A stretch of 64,000 nucleotides of DNA from NCBI RefSeq assembly GCF_006345805.1, contig NC_043012.1, forward strand, positions 9,114,001 through 9,178,000. Direction: 5' to 3'. The position numbers and the translations under genes were made by a program. The notes beneath the pieces were generated by a model. That model was not told the origin of the DNA and ran no database searches. It saw only the letters and a program-made list of their open reading frames with translations. This stretch comes from Octopus sinensis. Lineage: Eukaryota. Positions 11,699 to 24,049 of this stretch are shown one piece after another (positions within the stretch are counted from its first letter, which is position 1; every line of letters starts with the position of its first letter).

Positions 11699-13003
11699 CT
11701 ATATGTGCAGAAGTCTCTTATAAAAGCACAGTTATTTGGATAACGTGCGCAAATGTTTAGAGTTTATTTCATTGTGACGGATAGAGTGTATTAACGAGAA
11801 GAAATGAGTAAATCTATTGAGTCTAAGATAGTCATGCAGTTAATTTCTAGCTTTAGCAAAGGCAAGGTAGAAATTATTCAGTTTGTTAGATACATATTGT
11901 TTCCAAGCTCTTCTCTTTCTGGATTTTAGTTTAGCAAGAGAATTCATAGGTTAGTGATTATCAGGTTATCATCGTTTGCATATTGGCCGACTATGGCACA
12001 TTTGCGTATCAAAATAAAGAGCTTTGAACTTATGTCAGTTAAGTCGCACATTCTTCCTAGAAAGAATTAAAATCAAATCAAACCGGAGGAAGACATTTTG
12101 GGTAATCCAATCATTCACTAATAGGAAATTGGTGTCAGAGGACAAGAAATAATTAATCGATTTATGTCGACCGGTTCTGCGAAAATAGCAACGGTGTGAA
12201 CAGAGATGTCGATTGGCGGATCAGCTGAGTTTAGTACAATAAAGTTCAGCTGTGTTGATAAGAACGAAATCACGGCATGAAATAGTATTTCCATTCACTC
12301 GTGTGTTAGTTCTATATCATTTTCACTTTATTTAAACAAAACATTGGAAGCAGCGGCATTGAGGAAGATCAATTTACCAGGGATTCTGCACGAAAGGTAC
12401 AGAGTCTTACAGAAACATTAAAACAAACTCATCAAATTCCCTAACATGTTTCTATTGAAATTGAATCCGCTGAAACCAGGCAGTGGAACCAGAACGAACG
12501 AAACTTGTCAGTGATTTCAGTCAACATTTCTGCCTTAATGGTTTCAGTTTAATTGATATTCACTCGCCTGTCCACAACTGACAGCATATTTGAATCAGTT
12601 GGGAACAGTGTCTATTATATGTTGCATAACTACATCCTTATAATTCCAGTTTTGAATTTTCATCTGTATCTTCTATAGGAATGGTCTTACTTGTTTCTTT
12701 CTTCTTCTATGTATTCAGTTGCTTACATATTCGTACATCTTATACCTTCTTTTTTTTTTATACTTTTACTCTCCTCCCCCATGAATATCTCTATTGTCAT
12801 CTATTGTTATCTTAAGTCAGTAAACGTTTCAGAATTCCTAAACTAAAATCATCTCCTTATTTTTCTGTCCTCTTCAGACTCTAGCTTCTGTTTCTTTGTC
12901 TATCCTTCTCTTTTTCTTTCCTATGTCTTTACATTTCTTTATTCTTCACTGTCTCTTCCGCATTTGCCTTCGTGTTTGTCTCTTTTCTCTTTCTCCCTAT
13001 CTA

Positions 13004-14319
13004 CGAGGGACGTTCAATAAGTAATGCTTCTGACCCATTTGCAGTTGTTTGATCTAGCTGAAATTTTGCATGTGCAATCATTTATATCTCTATAGAGTAA
13101 GTGACAGCTCTGAACTAATTGTGGTTTCTGATTACAGCTCTGAACTAATTGTGGTTTCTGATTTACAGGTGTTTGAACTGAGTCAAGTGTGAAATGGAGC
13201 CTGTTGAGTGTCGAGTAGTGATCCGGTTTTTGTATTTGAAAGGACGCACACCACGGGAGACCTTTGATGAAATGAAAGTAACTTATGGTGATGATGCCCC
13301 ATCATATGACCTTGTAAAACGCTGGCATCGTGAATTCAAACATTGTCGGAACTCTGTGGAAACAGCTTCCAGATCTGGTCGCCCCCTTCTGCCATTGATG
13401 AGCCATCTGTCCGTCAAGTTGAGGCTGCCATTTTGGAAGATCGACGCATAATTATTCGCCAAATACCCCATGAGGTCAAGATTAGTACCGGGTCTGTGGA
13501 AACTATCATTCATGACCATTTGCATATGCAAAAGGTGTCTGCCAGATGGATTCCCAGGTTGCTCACGCCTTTCCAGAAGCAAGAACGCGTCGAGTGCTCG
13601 AGGATGAATTTGGAGATGTGCCAAGAAGATGAGTCAAAATTTTTCAAAAGACTGATTACACAGGATGAAACCTGGGTCCATCACGATGATCCAGAGACCA
13701 AAGCCCAGTCAATGCAGTGGAAGCACCGTGACTCACCCCCTCCAAAGAAGGCAAGGGTGCAGCCCTCCGCTGGCAAGGTCATGCTCACAGTCTTCTGGGA
13801 CCAGGACGGAGTAGTGATGACAGGTTTCCTGGCAAAGGGTACCACAATTACAGGAGCCTATTATGCTTCACTTCTGAGGAAATTAAGAGAAGTTATCAAA
13901 ATCAAGAGGCGGGGCAAGATCAGCAAAGGCATCCTCCTCCTGCAGGACAACGCTCCGGTCCACAACTCGCTTGTCGCCAGATCAGAAGCACAGGCGTATG
14001 GCTATGAACTTCTCCCCCATCCCCCCTACTTTCCTGACATTGCACCCTCTGATTTTCACCTCTTCCCAGTCATGAAGTTGTTTTTGAAAGGAAAGCGTTT
14101 CCCAGATGATGCAGCCTTGATTTCTGAAGTCACGTTCAGGTTGGAGGACCAAGCTGGGGGCCTTCTACAAAAACGGTCTCCAGAGCTGCATCAAACGATG
14201 GTAGAAATGCGTAACTCTGGGTGGTTCCTATGTAGAAAAAGACTAATAACTGTGCCAAGTTTCGTTGCTCTACTGCTATGGGAAGTGGGTCAGGGGCATT
14301 ACTTATTGAACGTCCCTCG
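13004..14319 (+). mobile_element. Full-length mariner transposon (1316 bp, irritans/Hsmar2-like TIR)
   Basis: TIRs CGAGGGACGTTCAATAAGTAATGCTTCTGACCCA / TGGGTCAGGGGCATTACTTATTGAACGTCCCTCG. TA TSD at 13002-13003 and 14320-14321. Confidence 0.97.
13194..14246 (+). pseudogene. Mariner D,D34D transposase with two frameshifts and one premature stop
   Basis: MEPVECRVVIRF..RSGRP (HTH), WIPRLL, ITQDETW, LQDNAPVH, HPPYFPDIAPSDFHLF. Frameshifts near 13385 and 14160, TAG at 14202-14204. Natural end ..GGSYVEKD* at 14244-14246. Confidence 0.95.
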
Positions 14320-14479
14320 TACTTCCATGTATGGCTCTCAGACTTCTTTCTCCATCCTTTTAATTTTTCTATTTTCATCAACTCGCTATGAAACTGGGGA
14401 TCCTCTCACTGACCGAGCAACACATTGTATTCTTTAGTAAAGAATTCCATTTCACGAAAATACGCACATGCATACACAT

Positions 14480-14514
14480 TTATATATGTATGTATGTATG
14501 TATGTATGTGTGTA

Positions 14515-14563
<49 letters not shown>

Positions 14564-14570
14564 ATATGTA

Positions 14571-14607
<37 letters not shown>

Positions 14608-14648
14608 ATGTATGTATGTATGTATGTATGTATATATGTATGTATGTA

Positions 14649-14685
<37 letters not shown>

Positions 14686-14768
14686 ATATATGTATGTGTG
14701 TATGTATGTATGTATGTATGTATGTATGTATGTATGTATATATGTATGTATGTATATATGTATGTATT
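14480..14768. repeat. Compound (TATG)n/(TG)n microsatellite
   Basis: Directly visible. Confidence 0.97.
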
Positions 14769-14769
14769 T

Positions 14770-15157
14770 TGGCATTGTAAAATACACCAATGCTAGAACG
14801 GGACGACACTGCATAGTGCCAAAGTTCCCAGCAATGCCATCACGCTTCAGGACCAGCTTCTGCAACAGCTTAGGTTTCAAGGGCCCACAGCTTTTTATTA
14901 TTCTCCCAAAGAGTCTGAGGAACTTGCACAAAGTAAATGTAGCAGTTTTTAAATCAAAGCTGGACATCTTCCTGTCGAGAGTCCCAGATGAACCTACCTC
15001 ACGGCAAGAGGTGCAAATGAGAGTAGCTATATCAAACTCCATTCTTCACCAAGTGCCACATATTAGACGAGGTTCGTCGCAATAACAGTGTAGCACAAAA
15101 CGGCGGTGCATCAGCATGGCTCTGAGCTGAAACTAGAAAAAAAAAAAAAAAAAAAAA
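14770..15157 (+). mobile_element. 3' end of a CR1/L2-group LINE with poly(A) tail
   Basis: Reads RTGRHCIVP..SFCNSLGFKGPQLFIILPKSLRNL..VFKSKLDIFLSRVPDEP..SNSILHQ..* (stop 15083-15085), a typical CR1/L2 ORF2 C-terminus. Short UTR, then an A-run from 15137. Confidence 0.8.
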
Positions 15158-15234
15158 TATATATTTGTTTTGCAAGATTCCTGATGTGAAATTGTGTGTT
15201 GAAACAGATACTGCTATATTTCGGATAATCCATA

Positions 15235-15317
<83 letters not shown>

Positions 15318-15875
15318 CATACATACATATATGTGTGCATTTATATATATATATGCATATATATGTATGCACACGAGCACACGCACACACATACACACAT
15401 ATACAAATATACGTACAATATAAATGTGTATATATACTTACATATATATATATACATGTATTTATGCATGTATGTATGTATGTATGGATTTGGTTCATAA
15501 ATAGCTGCTACAATTCCCCTGTAGTTTCAGTTTTCGGGACTGAGAGTCGCAGAATGTCATTCAGTATATAAAATTCATGAAAATTCTTCTCCCGATTCAA
15601 ATTAAAGGAAACTCTGGAACGCTTCTGGTGCCAAATTCTGATTGCTATGATTAAGAGAATTTGTCGACTGTCATATCATAGATCATGAAGGTAATAGTTA
15701 GATATATTCGTAGTGAATGGCTCTGAAACTGCTCCGTAGCATACACAGCCAAACCTCACGTACAGATCAACATAGGTATTCATGTACGTTGAATGATGTA
15801 GCATACAGAGGCGACTAACAGAGCTAGCGTAATAAGATAATATGTGATCGATAGCTGAATTGAATTGCATAATAT

Positions 15876-15938
<63 letters not shown>

Positions 15939-15940
<2 letters not shown>

Positions 15941-16540
15941 TGCATGTATACCGTACGCATATACATACACACATACACTCGCGCACATATATATGTGTAT
16001 ATATGTAATCCATTCATAAACACACAAACATATATATATGTCTATATATATATATATATGCCTGCATGCATACCATACGCATATACATACACACATACAC
16101 TCGCGCACATATATATGTGTATATATGTATATACATTCATAAACACACAAGCATATATATATGTGTATATATATATATACCTGCATGCATACCATACGCA
16201 TATACATACACACATACACTCGCGCACATATATATGTGTATATATGTATATACATTCATAAACACACAAACATATATATGTGTATATATATATATGCTGC
16301 ATGCATACCATACGCATATACATACACAAATACACTCGCGCACATATATATGTGTATATATGTATATATATACATTCATAAAACACAAACATATATATAT
16401 GTCTATATATATATATATAATATATATATATATATGCCTGCATGCATACCATACGCATATACATACACACATACACTCGCGCACATATATATGTGTATAT
16501 ATGTATATACATTCATAAACACACAAGCATATATATACAT
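15939..16540. repeat. Higher-order tandem repeat: five copies of an about 88-bp core separated by variable (TA)n
   Basis: Core CCTGCATGCATACCATACGCATATACATACACACATACACTCGCGCACATATATATGTGTATATATGTATATACATTCATAAACACACAA starts at 15939, 16061, 16180, 16297 and 16437. Confidence 0.92.
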
Positions 16541-16970
16541 GTATATGTACACAGACATATGCATATATATATATATATATATACACGCATGCATACATAC
16601 AAGCCTTGCACATAGGTATATATGTACTTAAATATTTACACATGCATATATTTATATCTAAACATACATGCATACGCATACACATACGTGTACATACACT
16701 CTTACGTACATACATTTATAAATATTCATATATATGCGTACATTGTGGAAATTGACTCGAAAGTATGATCATTGTTAATGAACTGCACTGCGAAGATGAC
16801 TTTTTCATCTTGGCAAATGATTTGTAGCTTTTACCGACTGTTACATAACTGTTGCTTCTCATTTGAATCACGTGCATCCATGAAGACTTTCATTATATAT
16901 ACACATATATACATTCATGCAGAGACACACATATATGAACATAGAAATGTATCTGTGTATGTATGTATGC

Positions 16971-17006
<36 letters not shown>

Positions 17007-17557
17007 TATACATAAATGGCAGTTACTGTCTGTCTCTTACCATCAGGGTGCCTAAACCAGCGAACCAATAATCACGAAACTTTACATACGTGTTACACTA
17101 ACACCCAGTTCAATAATAGGCAAATAGAATGTCAATAAAAATCTATAATGTACCCCCAAGGGGGTTGGGCAAATTATGTGATAAATTGAGAAGGGTGCAA
17201 AAAGTTTAATCCTGAAGGAAACGCAGTAGCAGTGAAGAGGACTTATATCAGAGAAGGCAAGAACAGTGTTACGTAAGCGACAAATATTGAGTGGCAATGG
17301 GATGTAACGTTTATACAACTGTCATATACATGCGACGCTGCATACATACTTGCGTAAATACATAGACAACACACACTCGCACATACACGCACACACACAG
17401 AGAAAAGTGGGTGTGAGGAATACGTAACTTTAAGGAGAGGGGGAAGGTGGTTTTTCCGATGTCCATCGCAAAGAAACACCCAAAGACACACATACATACA
17501 TGCATATATATATTGTATATATATATGTGGTAAGTAGCTTGCTTATATATGTGGTAA

Positions 17558-17636
17558 GGTGCCACGCAGTGGGACTGAACCCGGGACCATGTGGTTGGTA
17601 AACAAGCTACTTACCACACAGCCACTCCTGCGCCTA
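17558..17636 (-). mobile_element. SINE type D head fragment, preceded by a short inverted copy of its own head
   Basis: GTGCCACGCAGTGGGACTGAACC..CTACTTACCACACAGCCACTCCTGCGCCT. GTGGTAAGTAGCTTGCTTA in the opposite orientation at about 17528-17546. Confidence 0.8.
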
Positions 17637-17741
17637 TGTGTATATATGTGTATATATATTGTAAGCTGCTGTTGTGTGTATAAATAAATGCATCTATGTA
17701 TGTGTGTGTGAGTGCGTGCATGAGATAGTAGGAGGTCAAGT

Positions 17742-17779
<38 letters not shown>

Positions 17780-18044
17780 GAATGTGTGTGAGGGAATCGT
17801 TAAAGTAATCGTTTGAGCGTGTGAGAACTCGTAGTGACATTTTTTCCCCATGTCTTGTATTTGTATTCGCGTAGTTATGTCTGGATAGGGTTGAATAAAA
17901 GTCAGTGGGTTAAAAGTGCGAAAAAGGGTGTGTTTGTGTGATTTTGAGAAATCGTTGTGAATTTCTCTATATGCTGAGCGTGCGCGTGACGCGCATGTGT
18001 GGGACTGTTGATAAGCTTTCGTGAGAAGATGTTATATATACACG

Positions 18045-18079
<35 letters not shown>

Positions 18080-18088
18080 ACACACACA

Positions 18089-18119
<31 letters not shown>

Positions 18120-18454
18120 CACCAAGAAACAAACACATGCACACATGCAAATATTCAGGCACATGTATTTGCATACGGCATCGAGTATTTATGGGTATTT
18201 AGTGATTATATGCAAATTTGTAAGGATATAATTACGATTGTGGGAACAGGGAAGCTCTATATAAGATCTGTTTGTGTGCAAAAAGATATGGAATGTCATA
18301 CGGATATAAATATGTATGTAAGTAGCTGTAAACTGGGTTATGGAAGACGAATAGTAATTCAGGAGTAAAAATAACGTAAAATTGAAACATGTAAATAAAG
18401 ATGTATGTAAAGATAAATGCAAATAATTATTAAGAAAGGAAATGGTAATACAAA

Positions 18455-19131
18455 CATATACATACATACATATACATGCATACATGCATACATACATACA
18501 TATATACATACACATACATACATACATACATACACGCATACATACATACATACATACATACATACACACACATACATACATACATACATACATACACATA
18601 CATACATACACATACATACATACATACACATACATGCATGCATACATACATACATATACATATACATACATACATACTCATACATACATACATACATACA
18701 CATACATACATACATACACATACATACATACATGCATACATATATACATACATACATACATACATACATACATACACATACATACATACATACACATACA
18801 TACATACATGCATACATATATACATACATACATACATACATACATACACATACATACATACATACATATACATACATACATACATACATACATACACATG
18901 CATACATACATATATACATAATACATACATACATACATACATACACATACATACATACAAACATACACATGCATACATACATATATACATAGTACATACA
19001 TACATACATACATACACATACATACATACAAACATACATACATACACATACATACACATTCATATATACATACATACACATACATATATACATACATACA
19101 TACATACATACATACATACATACATACATAC
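18455..19131. repeat. (CATA)n/(CA)n compound microsatellite
   Basis: Directly visible. Confidence 0.97.
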
Positions 19132-19394
19132 GTATATTTATGTTTTTATAAATTAGATTTTAACAGAAGGAAATTGCAAAGTGCCGGTATCATCGCATGA
19201 GATGAATTAAAAAGGAGAATAACGGTGGGGTGGTGATGAAAGTACTATACTGATAAATGTATGTTGCATAACGTTTTTAACACCGGATTTTTATACTGAG
19301 AGCATATCCTTAAATTGTTTTGGAACCCATGGGATTGCATCTAGAAAGTTACCCTCAGAGATACAAGTCCAGGCAAGGTTGTTTATCGAAGACC

Positions 19395-19630
19395 AGCAGT
19401 TGCCATGCCCCCCCCCCGTCCACGTCACTGACGTCAGCTACGAGAAAGGCAATGGCCGATATCGCTAGGCAGCAGTGACGTCGCAACTCATTTCTACAGT
19501 TGAGTGAACTGTAGCAATGTGGAATAAAGTGTCCTGCTCAAGAACACAACACAGTCCGGTCCAGGAATCGAACTCATTACCCCATGATTGTGAGCCCGAC
19601 GTTCTAACAACTGAACCATGCGTCTTCACA
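19395..19630 (-). mobile_element. SINE type B-related (diverged)
   Basis: GCTCAAGAACACAAC..CCGGTCCAGGAATCGAAC..CTAAC.ACTGA.CCATGCG.CTTCAC, matching 10020-10136. Confidence 0.75.
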
Positions 19631-19967
19631 TAATGCATGCATACATACATATATGTATATATATATATTTCTGTGTGAGTTAGAGGTTGGGAAACCAACC
19701 AACTAAGGGATAGTATCTATCCAATATACTGATGGTAGTGTGCCCAATTATTCATACCCAAGTGCTGGTTACTGCGTGTCAATCTCGCAGTTGAGTGTTA
19801 TATATGAGCAGGGGTAAAAAATGGTTTACTCTTAATTTATACGGCAAAAAAGAAAATGGAAAGGATTCAAAAACGACATACATCAGCCGGTAGACATTCT
19901 AGTATGTCTATTTATTCCAAAGTATTATAAAGTATTAGAGGAATACATACACATGTAATAACTGTGT

Positions 19968-20175
19968 GTCAAGCGATGTTGGGGGGACAAACACAGACAC
20001 ACATACATATATATACGACGGGCTTCTTTCAGTTTCTGTCTACCAAATTCACTCACAAGGTTTTGGTCGGCCCGAAGCTATAGTAGAAGACACTTGCCCA
20101 AGGTGCCACGCAGTGGGACTGAACCCGGAACCATGTGGTTGGTAAGCAAGCTACTTACCACAGCCACTCCTACGC
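19968..20175 (-). mobile_element. SINE type D, 5' half
   Basis: Homologous to 11460-11698. Confidence 0.9.
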
Positions 20176-20565
20176 CATATATATGTGTGAATGCATGTGT
20201 GTGTATGTGGCAGTGTACGTGTGCATATGCGTACGCCTATGTAAGTGCGAGCATTTGAAGTCCAGAGGTTTATGTCAGCGTGTCCATCAGGAAAAGTTAT
20301 AAGCCAGTTTCATAAAGCTTATTTAACCATATCTTGTTATAGTACAGCCTTATTTCCCATGGAGGGACACTGAATTATCATTGGCTCAGTCTCTAGAGCT
20401 GTTGAGAGGCACCAAATAGAGGCACAAAACTCACAACGTCAATAGTTGTATACGAATGTCCGATTACTGTATTGAGCACAAATCCTCTGATGGGAGTAGA
20501 AGAAGCAACAGGACCATTATATATAACTACGTTCTGTTACACCCTCAATGACGACAATTCTTCAG

Positions 20566-20746
20566 AAATTCTTCGTTATACAATAATACAGTTCCTGCTG
20601 CTACTACTACGGTTGCACCTTCGGAAGAAGTGGAAGAGGTGTCCCAGGAAAGGGCACTGCCGTCAGCTTCATCATCACCATTTCTACTGCGCAGCAAATT
20701 CATCACCATTATCATTCAAATTTTACTTCAACTTCTTTCGTGTTGA
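20566..20746 (+). CDS. Candidate terminal coding exon of an unknown host gene (Thr/Ala/Glu stalk plus GPI-signal-like C-terminus)
   Basis: TTCTTCAG acceptor at 20564-20565 (alternative AG at 20590-20591). Reads NSSLYNNTVPAATTTVAPSEEVEEVSQERALPSASSSPFLLRSKFITIIIQILLQLLSC*. AATAAA at 20879-20884. No partner exons identified. Confidence 0.3.
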
Positions 20747-20849
20747 GTACAGTACCAATCTTTATATTTTTAATCAAAAGTGTTATTGCTTAACAGTTGT
20801 CCTCGTTATTAATAGACTACTGTAATGGGTAGGTTGTTAACAGAACAGG

Positions 20850-20960
20850 AAGGGTTCTAAAAGTCCAAATACGCGTTAAATAAATACTGTAAATATGGTG
20901 TCCCTACTTCACGGAAATTCGTTTATCGCGGCCGGTCTCGGAACCAATCTAGCGCGAAAA
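20850..20960. mobile_element. Possible pogo/Tigger-like terminal remnant
   Basis: CCCTACTTCACGGAAATTCGTTTATCGCGG..GGAACCAATCTAGCGCGAAAAACG resembles Tigger-type subterminal sequence. No intact TIR pair found. Confidence 0.35.
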
Positions 20961-23214
20961 ACGCTACTTTATATATTATGGTGGAGTTGCTATAAAAAAA
21001 AAGTAGCGCTTTAAAGATTGTTGTTCTTGTCTCAATACTTTGGAATCAATTCAGACCCAACAGTTTCATTTTCCATCCCACGGACGTCCGTAAAGGAAGT
21101 ACCAGTTATATATAATGGTCCAGTCTATAGAGTTTATATTCTCCAGCTTTTACAGTATCACCTAAATAAACGAAGTGATTTTATTTAAGTAGTAGAAATT
21201 ACCTCAACATTTGTTGAAGAAGGAAATAGAAGGAGGAAGAGGAGAAGAAGAGAGAAGAGAACGACTAAGAGAAAGAGAGAGGCAGTGTCAGAGAAGGTTA
21301 AATTGTTTACATTACAAAACCCTAACAGACAGTTATTTATAAACTGCGCATCGATTTATTCCTGCCTTCATGTTGGGAATAATAAAGACATCTGATGGTT
21401 TTATTTATATAGAAAACGTTGACTTGTACTTCAATGAATAACAAATTGTATTAATAGCTGCATGTTATATACCAACCTTCATCAATGTTCCGAGTTCAAT
21501 TCTGCTAAACAACCGGTAACATATAGGGCTAATTCAAATTGTTACACTGGAGTTCATTATGGAAGAATTTGTGTCATAAGAAAGAATATCATACATATAC
21601 ACGCATACATACATACATTTACGCATAGACACGTTTCATTTCGTTTTATATGGTTCCATGAGCTCCAGCTACGACCACCCAGCTGAAGAATAAACCACTC
21701 TCATTATCCTCTATACTGAAAAACAATATTACCACACATGTATATTATTGATGCGCGGGAAATAAATGGTTGAAGAGATGTATAAGTTCCAAAATTGATT
21801 CTCAAGCTTTCTATAAGAATCTCGATTCTTGCCAAATACAAAACAGCATCTTTATCTTGTGAAGCTACATATTACAATGATTTGAAAGATCATAGATTCC
21901 ACGTTACTTTTACCTCAATTACTCTGTCAGATTGGATCAGGCAATCGTGAAATTTCCTTCTGCGTATGACAGATCATCAGCAATAACTTTTCTGACTGAG
22001 AAATGATGGTCTCTACTACCAAGACTGTCGGTTCTTACATCAATGTAAAATATAGCAACTACAGTTTTCTCTGTCTTGGTGGATTGGAAAATATATACCG
22101 TGGGAAGATAATAGACGTTGGCAACACATTAAGTCAGTTTATTCAGAGTAGGGATACAATCGATTCAGTCAAGTCTGATATAGTTCTATAATGATTTTTA
22201 CGACGAAAAAATCTAAACAAAGATGTCAGTCACCACTAGAGTCTTTTGAATTCAGAACAGTGAGAATTTGCGAAAGAGTAAAGAATTAAGATGGTAAGGT
22301 ACTATGTTAGCAATCACTATATAAAATACCAAGAACTAATTCATAAAAATATCAAAAGACCAAACAAGTGGTTGATGTTATTATTGAGAATTTTTCTTTA
22401 AATCAGGGAAAATGAAAATATTTTATACATAAATTACAATTAACAATTCAAAAACAATGGAGAGGAAAAATAATTGAATGATAGAATGTTGTCTGATGAT
22501 ATTGATGTCATATTATGAATTATTTCCATCATTCTCATTAACACCCACACTTTCTGTTACGTCATTGTTCCTTTCTTTCAAAAACTCTTCACCATCTCTC
22601 TCTCATTTCTCCTTGTCCTCTTTTCCTCTTCTTTGAATCCTAATGAATGTCTATTGGAAACAATGCCCTTGAAATATTTAGATAAAACTTATTTCAAAGA
22701 GCTGTACATACGTTTATGCAAATTATAACATTTATATATTTATAAGTAAACAAAGGATAAAGATACGTGTGTGTATATAGATGTGAGAGTGTGAGTATTT
22801 CAGTATGTGTGTATTTGTAATGAGTGAGTTTGTGTATAACTGTTGTGCACAAATTATTTATATAACAAATTGCAGCCCCTACTCTAGCCCCGTCTTCACT
22901 AAATAGTTTAGTACAATATCCGTATTTAGAGAATTTCATTCTGGGGACTAGTGTTCTCTATCGCCATCTTCGCAGCCCGGCTGTATAGATGAATTAGGAA
23001 ATTCCCGATCACAGTGGAGTTGCTTTGTGTTATTATTCTACAATAGCCTATGGCCAATCACAAACAACCTTACTTCACCGATTTTCAATAGTGGAAGTTG
23101 AAACCAGGGCTATAGTAGGAACTATATTCCCTACATATACACCCGGACTGTGAAGCTGTAGGAAAATTTATGAAAAAGAATTATAATTTAAAAAGAAACT
23201 TGCTTCCTTCCTAA

Positions 23215-23543
23215 AAAGGCGGTCAGCTGGCAGAAACGTTAGCACGCCGGGCGAAATGCTTAGCGGTATTTCGTCTGCCGTTACGTTCAGAGTTAAAATT
23301 CCGCCGAGGTCGACTTTGCCTTTCATTCTTTCGGGGTCGATTAAATAAGTACCAGTTACGCACTAGGGTCGATATAATCGACTTAATCCGTTTGCCTGTC
23401 CTTGTTTGTCCTCTCTGTGTTTGGTTCAGTCCCACTGCGTGGAATTTTGGGCAAGTGTCTTCTACTATAGCCACTGGCCGACGAAAGCCTAGTGAGTGGA
23501 TTTAGGAGATGAAAACTGAAACAAGTCCCCCGTGTGTATATAT
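23215..23543 (+). mobile_element. SINE type C joined to the 5' half of a type D SINE, cut by the Gypsy insertion
   Basis: C-type 23215 to about 23420, then TTCAGTCCCACTGCGTGG..GGGCAAGTGTCTTCTACTATAGC up to the internal microsatellite. Confidence 0.85.
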
Positions 23544-24027
23544 TGTTACAACCTGGTATCCATAATCCGAATCTACACAACCAACAATGATGGGGTGAAC
23601 TGAAAACAACAACACACCATGAAGTTTTTTAAAAAATATTATTAGCAATTAAGCGTACCCAACATACACAAACAACTTACACACAAACGGATATACAGGA
23701 ACAAATAAATTAATGCTACACTAGACGTGCAGTCAAAATATTTACAAAAGTAAAATATATACAGTTTAGAAATTTAGCTTCATAAATTTGGTTTCATAAA
23801 CTTGATTTCATAAATTTGGTTTCATAAACTTGATTTCATAAATTTGTTTTCATAAATTTGGTTTCATAAATTTAGATTCCGAAAATTTGGATTCCGAAAT
23901 TTGGTTTCATAAATTTGGTTTCTCTATAAATTTGGATTCCGAAATTTGGTTTCATAAATTTAATTTCATAAATTTGGTTTTCGAAATTTGGACCCAGATG
24001 TGGCACAGAAATTATTTAAATCTGACA
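23544..24027 (-). repeat. 3' LTR (partial)
   Basis: Highly similar to 27026-28087 apart from a shorter internal array. Lacks the counterpart of 28088-28497. Confidence 0.92.
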
Positions 24028-24049
24028 ATTATTTAAATCTGACCCCTGA

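Larger units (their letters stand above)
10240..12250 (-). pseudogene. Ancient non-LTR retrotransposon (APE-RT) relic interrupted by two SINEs
   Basis: Motifs in correct order on minus: FRRTGRHKSINYFLSS (APE end, about 12.15 kb), KILRSLDCSQSTKADGI (RT domain 0, about 11.1 kb), IPAEWNTASV*SIDKK (domain 1, across the SINE at 10677-10981), QHFGFR and VIFLDLIATFDIV (domains 2-3, 10.37-10.55 kb). Many stops. Confidence 0.65.

Noticed and set aside
15939-16540. Repeat-spacer pattern resembling CRISPR
   Set aside because: Spacers are only (TA)n length variants and the core is microsatellite-derived.
21760-22940. Second decayed LINE on minus (VIADDL near 21.98 kb; FSEDGARVGAAICYI near 22.88 kb)
   Set aside because: Only faint resemblance to YADD and APE motifs. 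Needs a profile search.
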